Source: an uncultured Actinomycetes bacterium
GTDB lineage: Bacteria > Actinomycetota > Thermoleophilia > RBG-16-64-13
Direction of reading: 5' to 3'
Length of the DNA: 64,000 nucleotides
Assembly: GCA_963841735.1 (NCBI GenBank)
Contig: CAWJDT010000005.1
Span: forward strand, 64,001-128,000
Shown one piece after another: positions 61,045 through 64,000 of the stretch; position 1 is the stretch's first letter, and every line of letters begins with the position of its first letter. The translations under genes were made by a program, and so were the position numbers. The notes beneath the pieces are model-generated. The model made no database searches. It saw nothing but the letters and a program-made list of their open reading frames with translations, and had not been told where the DNA came from.

Positions 61045-61926
61045 CTACAACTTGATGAAGCCCAGGTTCATAGACTCGTCTTTGAGCGACACTTTGGTGT
61101 AGTACTTCTTCCCCGCCGCGTCCACTTCGAGACTGTATTCGCCGTTCTCCAGACCATCGAACTTGAACTCGCCGAAGCAGTTGGTCGATCGAGTGGCCAA
61201 GATCGAGGTGTCCTTGCAGTTGGCCACGCCGGCGCCTGACAAGTTACAGGCGATGCCGCCTTCTTCGGAGTGAAGCGTCACGGTTGCGTTCTCGAAGCAA
61301 TCACCATCGACCAGCACACCAGCCGTAATGAAATTCTTCGTGAACTTGTGCAGGTTCTTGTAGAGCGTGGTCGGCTTTGTGCCCAGCTCGGCCAGGTATG
61401 CCTCCAGGCCCTCCTCGGCGATCATCTTCTCCATCTCGGCCGGCTCGACGAAGTAGGTCTTCATGGCGTCGGTCGGGCAGATGTGCGCGCACCGAGTGGT
61501 ATGCGGTTTCCAGGTGGGATCGTCCAGCAGATGCGCACAGAAGATGCACTTCTGCGGCACGTTCGCCTCTTCGTTCCACCAGATGGCGCCGTAGGGGCAG
61601 GAGTCGAGCAGGGCCTTGTTGCCCTTGGCCTTCTGCATGTCGATCATCACGATGCCGTCGTCGCGCCGGGTGACCGCACCCTTGCCGGCGTCGATGCAGG
61701 GCGCGTTCTGGCAGTGCTGGCACGGCACCGGCAGATAGGCCACGTCGTTTCTGGCGTACTGCCCGCGCTCGCGGCGAAGGATATCCACCCAACGGTGCCC
61801 ATGGCGGGGCTGGGCGGCCGTGTAGCCGGGCCAATCGTTGCCGACGAACTCATCCTTGTCGGCCATAAAGCAGTTGTTGCAGTCGTGGCACAGCACCACA
61901 TCTATAACCTTATACCATTGCTTCAT
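61045..61926 (-). CDS. bthL: Pyrogallol hydroxytransferase small subunit homolog
   Basis: Resembles recalled Pelobacter BthL from start to end: DCNNCFM, WPGYTA, RRERG.Y.RND, KAKG.K.LLD.CPYG, GEFKFD.L.NGEY, LGFIKL; directly follows the athL homolog. Confidence 0.85.
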   Translation of the reverse strand: MKQWYKVIDVVLCHDCNNCFMADKDEFVGNDWPGYTAAQPRHGHRWVDILRRERGQYARNDVAYLPVPCQHCQNAPCIDAGKGAVTRRDDGIVMIDMQKAKGNKALLDSCPYGAIWWNEEANVPQKCIFCAHLLDDPTWKPHTTRCAHICPTDAMKTYFVEPAEMEKMIAEEGLEAYLAELGTKPTTLYKNLHKFTKNFITAGVLVDGDCFENATVTLHSEEGGIACNLSGAGVANCKDTSILATRSTNCFGEFKFDGLENGEYSLEVDAAGKKYYTKVSLKDESMNLGFIKL

Positions 61927-61973
61927 TTTGCAGGCTCCTTATCTGTCAAATGAGATGAATCGAATCCTCTCGA

Positions 61974-64000
61974 TCACTGAACCTCGTAGATTCCACCGTC
62001 CCATTTCTCGACTTCTATCTGGGCGGAGTTAGGAGCCATGCCGCTGGAGTACTTGGACATATAGCGGTCAGGCGAAAGGATGTTCATGCACCCGCCGCGA
62101 TCGGCCGACTTGCCGGGAGTGCCCAGCGGGTTGTACTCGGCGCACGATTCGTACGTGTGCACCGTGCCGGGCTGCGTGCGCTCACCGATCTGGGCGCACA
62201 CGATGACGGAGCCGCGATCATTGTAGGCGCGAACCAAGTCGCCGGCCTTGATACCGCGGGCGGCAGCGTCGACACTGTTGATCCGGATGATCCAGTAGTA
62301 GTGTCCGTCCACCAGGATCCTGTGGTCCTTTATATCGTTCATGAAGCTGTCCTTGCCGTCACCCATGGTGTGAAAGGAGAACCGTGGATGCGGGGCCAGC
62401 ATGCCCAGGGGGTACTTCTTCGCAAGCTCGCAGCGCGGGCCTTCCCAAGCGGGCACATAGCTATGCATGGCCGGCCGGTGCTCGTCGACAAACCCCTGCT
62501 CCTCGAAGTTCTTGATGCTGGTGGCGATGAACTCCACCTTGCCGGTGCTCGTCTGCAGGCCTTTGCGACCCACCTGGTTGTTCAGACGCGGGCCCCAGTC
62601 GGGAGTGTCTTTCTCGCGGTCTTCGGCGAACCAGCGGAGGGCCGGCGTCTTCTTGCGCTTCGTGTTGTCGGGCACGATGAAGTAGCCCTTCTCCTTGAAC
62701 TGCGCGAAGGTCAGGTGCTTCGGCATGTCGGTGGCGTTGTAGTACTGCTCCACCCACTCAAGGTCGGTCTTGCCCTCCGAGAACATGGGCCCGATACCCA
62801 GTTTGTCCGCGATCATGCAGTAGATGTCGTAGTCCGACTTGGAGTCGCCCACCGGCTCGATGCACTTGGCCTGAAGCGAGATGACGCGATGGTTGCACTG
62901 CCCGTAGGTGTCGGGGATGTACCCAGAGCAGTTGGCGAACTCCGATATGTCCCAGCGCTCGAAGTTGGTGCAGGCCGGAAGGATAAGGTCGGCGAACTGG
63001 ACCTCACCCTCGAACCAGATGGACTGGCTTACGACGAACTCCAAGCTCGGGTGCGTGTACATCTGAGCGTAGCGGTTGGTGGCGGTCATGGTGCCGATCC
63101 AGGGACCACCGTACTTCCAAAGCATCTTGATCTTGGGATAGCCGGGAGCCGGGTACTGGTACTGATGCATCTGATGCGGGATGTCGCCGCCGCAGAAGCC
63201 CTTGCCCGACCACTCGAACTTGCCGTCCATGATGCATTCGGGCACCTTCAGGCGCGGAATGTGCTGACCGGCGGACGTGTTGATGTTGGAGGGCGACGGG
63301 AAGGTGGTCTTGCCGTCGAACATGCGCCAAGCGAACTTGAAACCCGCCGCCGAGTTCTCGCAGTCGCCGGAGATGCCGCCCTCGGCGTAGCCCGGGAAGT
63401 AGAAGTCGTAGTCAACAGGCGTACCCTGGGTGGTCGAGTAGATGTTGGAGCCCGGCTTGCCCATGCCCTGCATGGTGGCAAGCGCGATCATGCCGCGGGC
63501 CCATTCGATGCCGTGAGACGCCCGGCAGGCTCCACCCCAACCGCCAAGTCCGCCGGCAGCCAGCATGGTCTTCTTCTTGGCCCACTGACGGGCCAGAGCG
63601 CGGATCTCGCAGGCCGGTACGCCGGATTCGGCCTCGGCCCATTCGCACGTCTTGGGGACTCCGTCGGTCTTGCCAAGTACATACTCCGCCCACTCTTCAA
63701 AGCCGTGGGCGTGGGTGGCCACGTACTCCTTGTCATAGGTGCCCTCGCTCAGCCATGTGTACGCGATGGCGAAGGAGAGCGCGTGGTCGGTGCCGATCTT
63801 GGGCGACAGCCACTTGTCGCCGATGAGACCAGCCGTGTGGTTGTAGAACGGATCGATGAAGACCATCTCGATGCCCAGGTCCTTCATCCAAAAACGGCGA
63901 GGCGTGGACTCATGGGCCGCGTAGATGCCGGTGTTAACTTCGGGGTCAGACGACCAGAACACGATCATCTCAGTGTTCTGTAGGGTATCCTCAAGCAGGT
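61974..64000 (-). CDS. athL: Pyrogallol hydroxytransferase (transhydroxylase) large subunit; 5' end lies outside the window
   Basis: Frame is open to the window edge (LLEDTLQNTEMIVFWSSDPE). Long blocks match recalled AthL: GGLGGWGGACRASHGIEWARGMIALATMQG, FYFPGYAEGGISGDCENSAAGFKFAWRMFDGKTTFPSP, ISEFANCSGYIPD, TPDWGPRLNNQV. Confidence 0.88.
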   Translation of the reverse strand, partial: LLEDTLQNTEMIVFWSSDPEVNTGIYAAHESTPRRFWMKDLGIEMVFIDPFYNHTAGLIGDKWLSPKIGTDHALSFAIAYTWLSEGTYDKEYVATHAHGFEEWAEYVLGKTDGVPKTCEWAEAESGVPACEIRALARQWAKKKTMLAAGGLGGWGGACRASHGIEWARGMIALATMQGMGKPGSNIYSTTQGTPVDYDFYFPGYAEGGISGDCENSAAGFKFAWRMFDGKTTFPSPSNINTSAGQHIPRLKVPECIMDGKFEWSGKGFCGGDIPHQMHQYQYPAPGYPKIKMLWKYGGPWIGTMTATNRYAQMYTHPSLEFVVSQSIWFEGEVQFADLILPACTNFERWDISEFANCSGYIPDTYGQCNHRVISLQAKCIEPVGDSKSDYDIYCMIADKLGIGPMFSEGKTDLEWVEQYYNATDMPKHLTFAQFKEKGYFIVPDNTKRKKTPALRWFAEDREKDTPDWGPRLNNQVGRKGLQTSTGKVEFIATSIKNFEEQGFVDEHRPAMHSYVPAWEGPRCELAKKYPLGMLAPHPRFSFHTMGDGKDSFMNDIKDHRILVDGHYYWIIRINSVDAAARGIKAGDLVRAYNDRGSVIVCAQIGERTQPGTVHTYESCAEYNPLGTPGKSADRGGCMNILSPDRYMSKYSSGMAPNSAQIEVEKWDGGIYEVQ

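Noticed and set aside
14222-63983. Long antisense ORFs such as 14222-15877, 21534-23396, 26201-28216, 32025-34319 and 62157-63983
   Set aside because: They mirror well-supported genes on the other strand, which is expected in high-GC DNA.
55914-64000. Selenocysteine recoding or a respiratory DMSO/TMAO reductase role for the molybdoenzymes
   Set aside because: No in-frame TGA in the visible coding regions, the visible ligand is Ser (PDSW), the complete alpha has no Tat signal, and no membrane-anchor gene is present.

Overview
A 64 kb, GC-rich chromosomal window, almost all coding and mostly on the minus strand. It most plausibly comes from an anaerobic deep-branching actinobacterium (Thermoleophilia-like). 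That assignment is an inference from polA-rpsA-coaE-uvrB and comEA-comEC-holA-rpsT synteny, leaderless genes, Thr-rich lipoproteins, futalosine-pathway genes and rubrerythrin. Core genes are murJ, rpsT, holA, comEC/comEA, yajQ, mqnB/mqnD, a 2-oxoacid dehydrogenase E1a/E1b/E2 set without E3, acs, leuS, rmuC, uvrB, coaE, rpsA, polA and tatA. There are three accessory zones. (1) 0-5.6 kb: a TetR-controlled hydrolase/ABC-import unit with four visible operator sites. (2) 36.4-39.7 kb: a HEAT-repeat lipoprotein, a stand-alone restriction-nuclease domain and an internally deleted alanine dehydrogenase remnant that the ORF track misses. (3) 47.8-64 kb: a candidate anaerobic polyphenol-catabolism locus. 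It holds a close pyrogallol transhydroxylase (AthL/BthL) homolog, a second divergent molybdoenzyme of that family with a changed substrate pocket, three beta subunits (two with a Cys-to-Asp Fe-S ligand change), an iron-sulfur flavoprotein, a COG1099/TatD-like hydrolase, a Tat-exported ABC importer and two IclR regulators. About 13 genes, including essential ones, carry small frameshifts that look like assembly errors. No tRNA, rRNA, CRISPR array or IS element was seen. All protein-family comparisons are from recalled sequences and motifs, not database searches.
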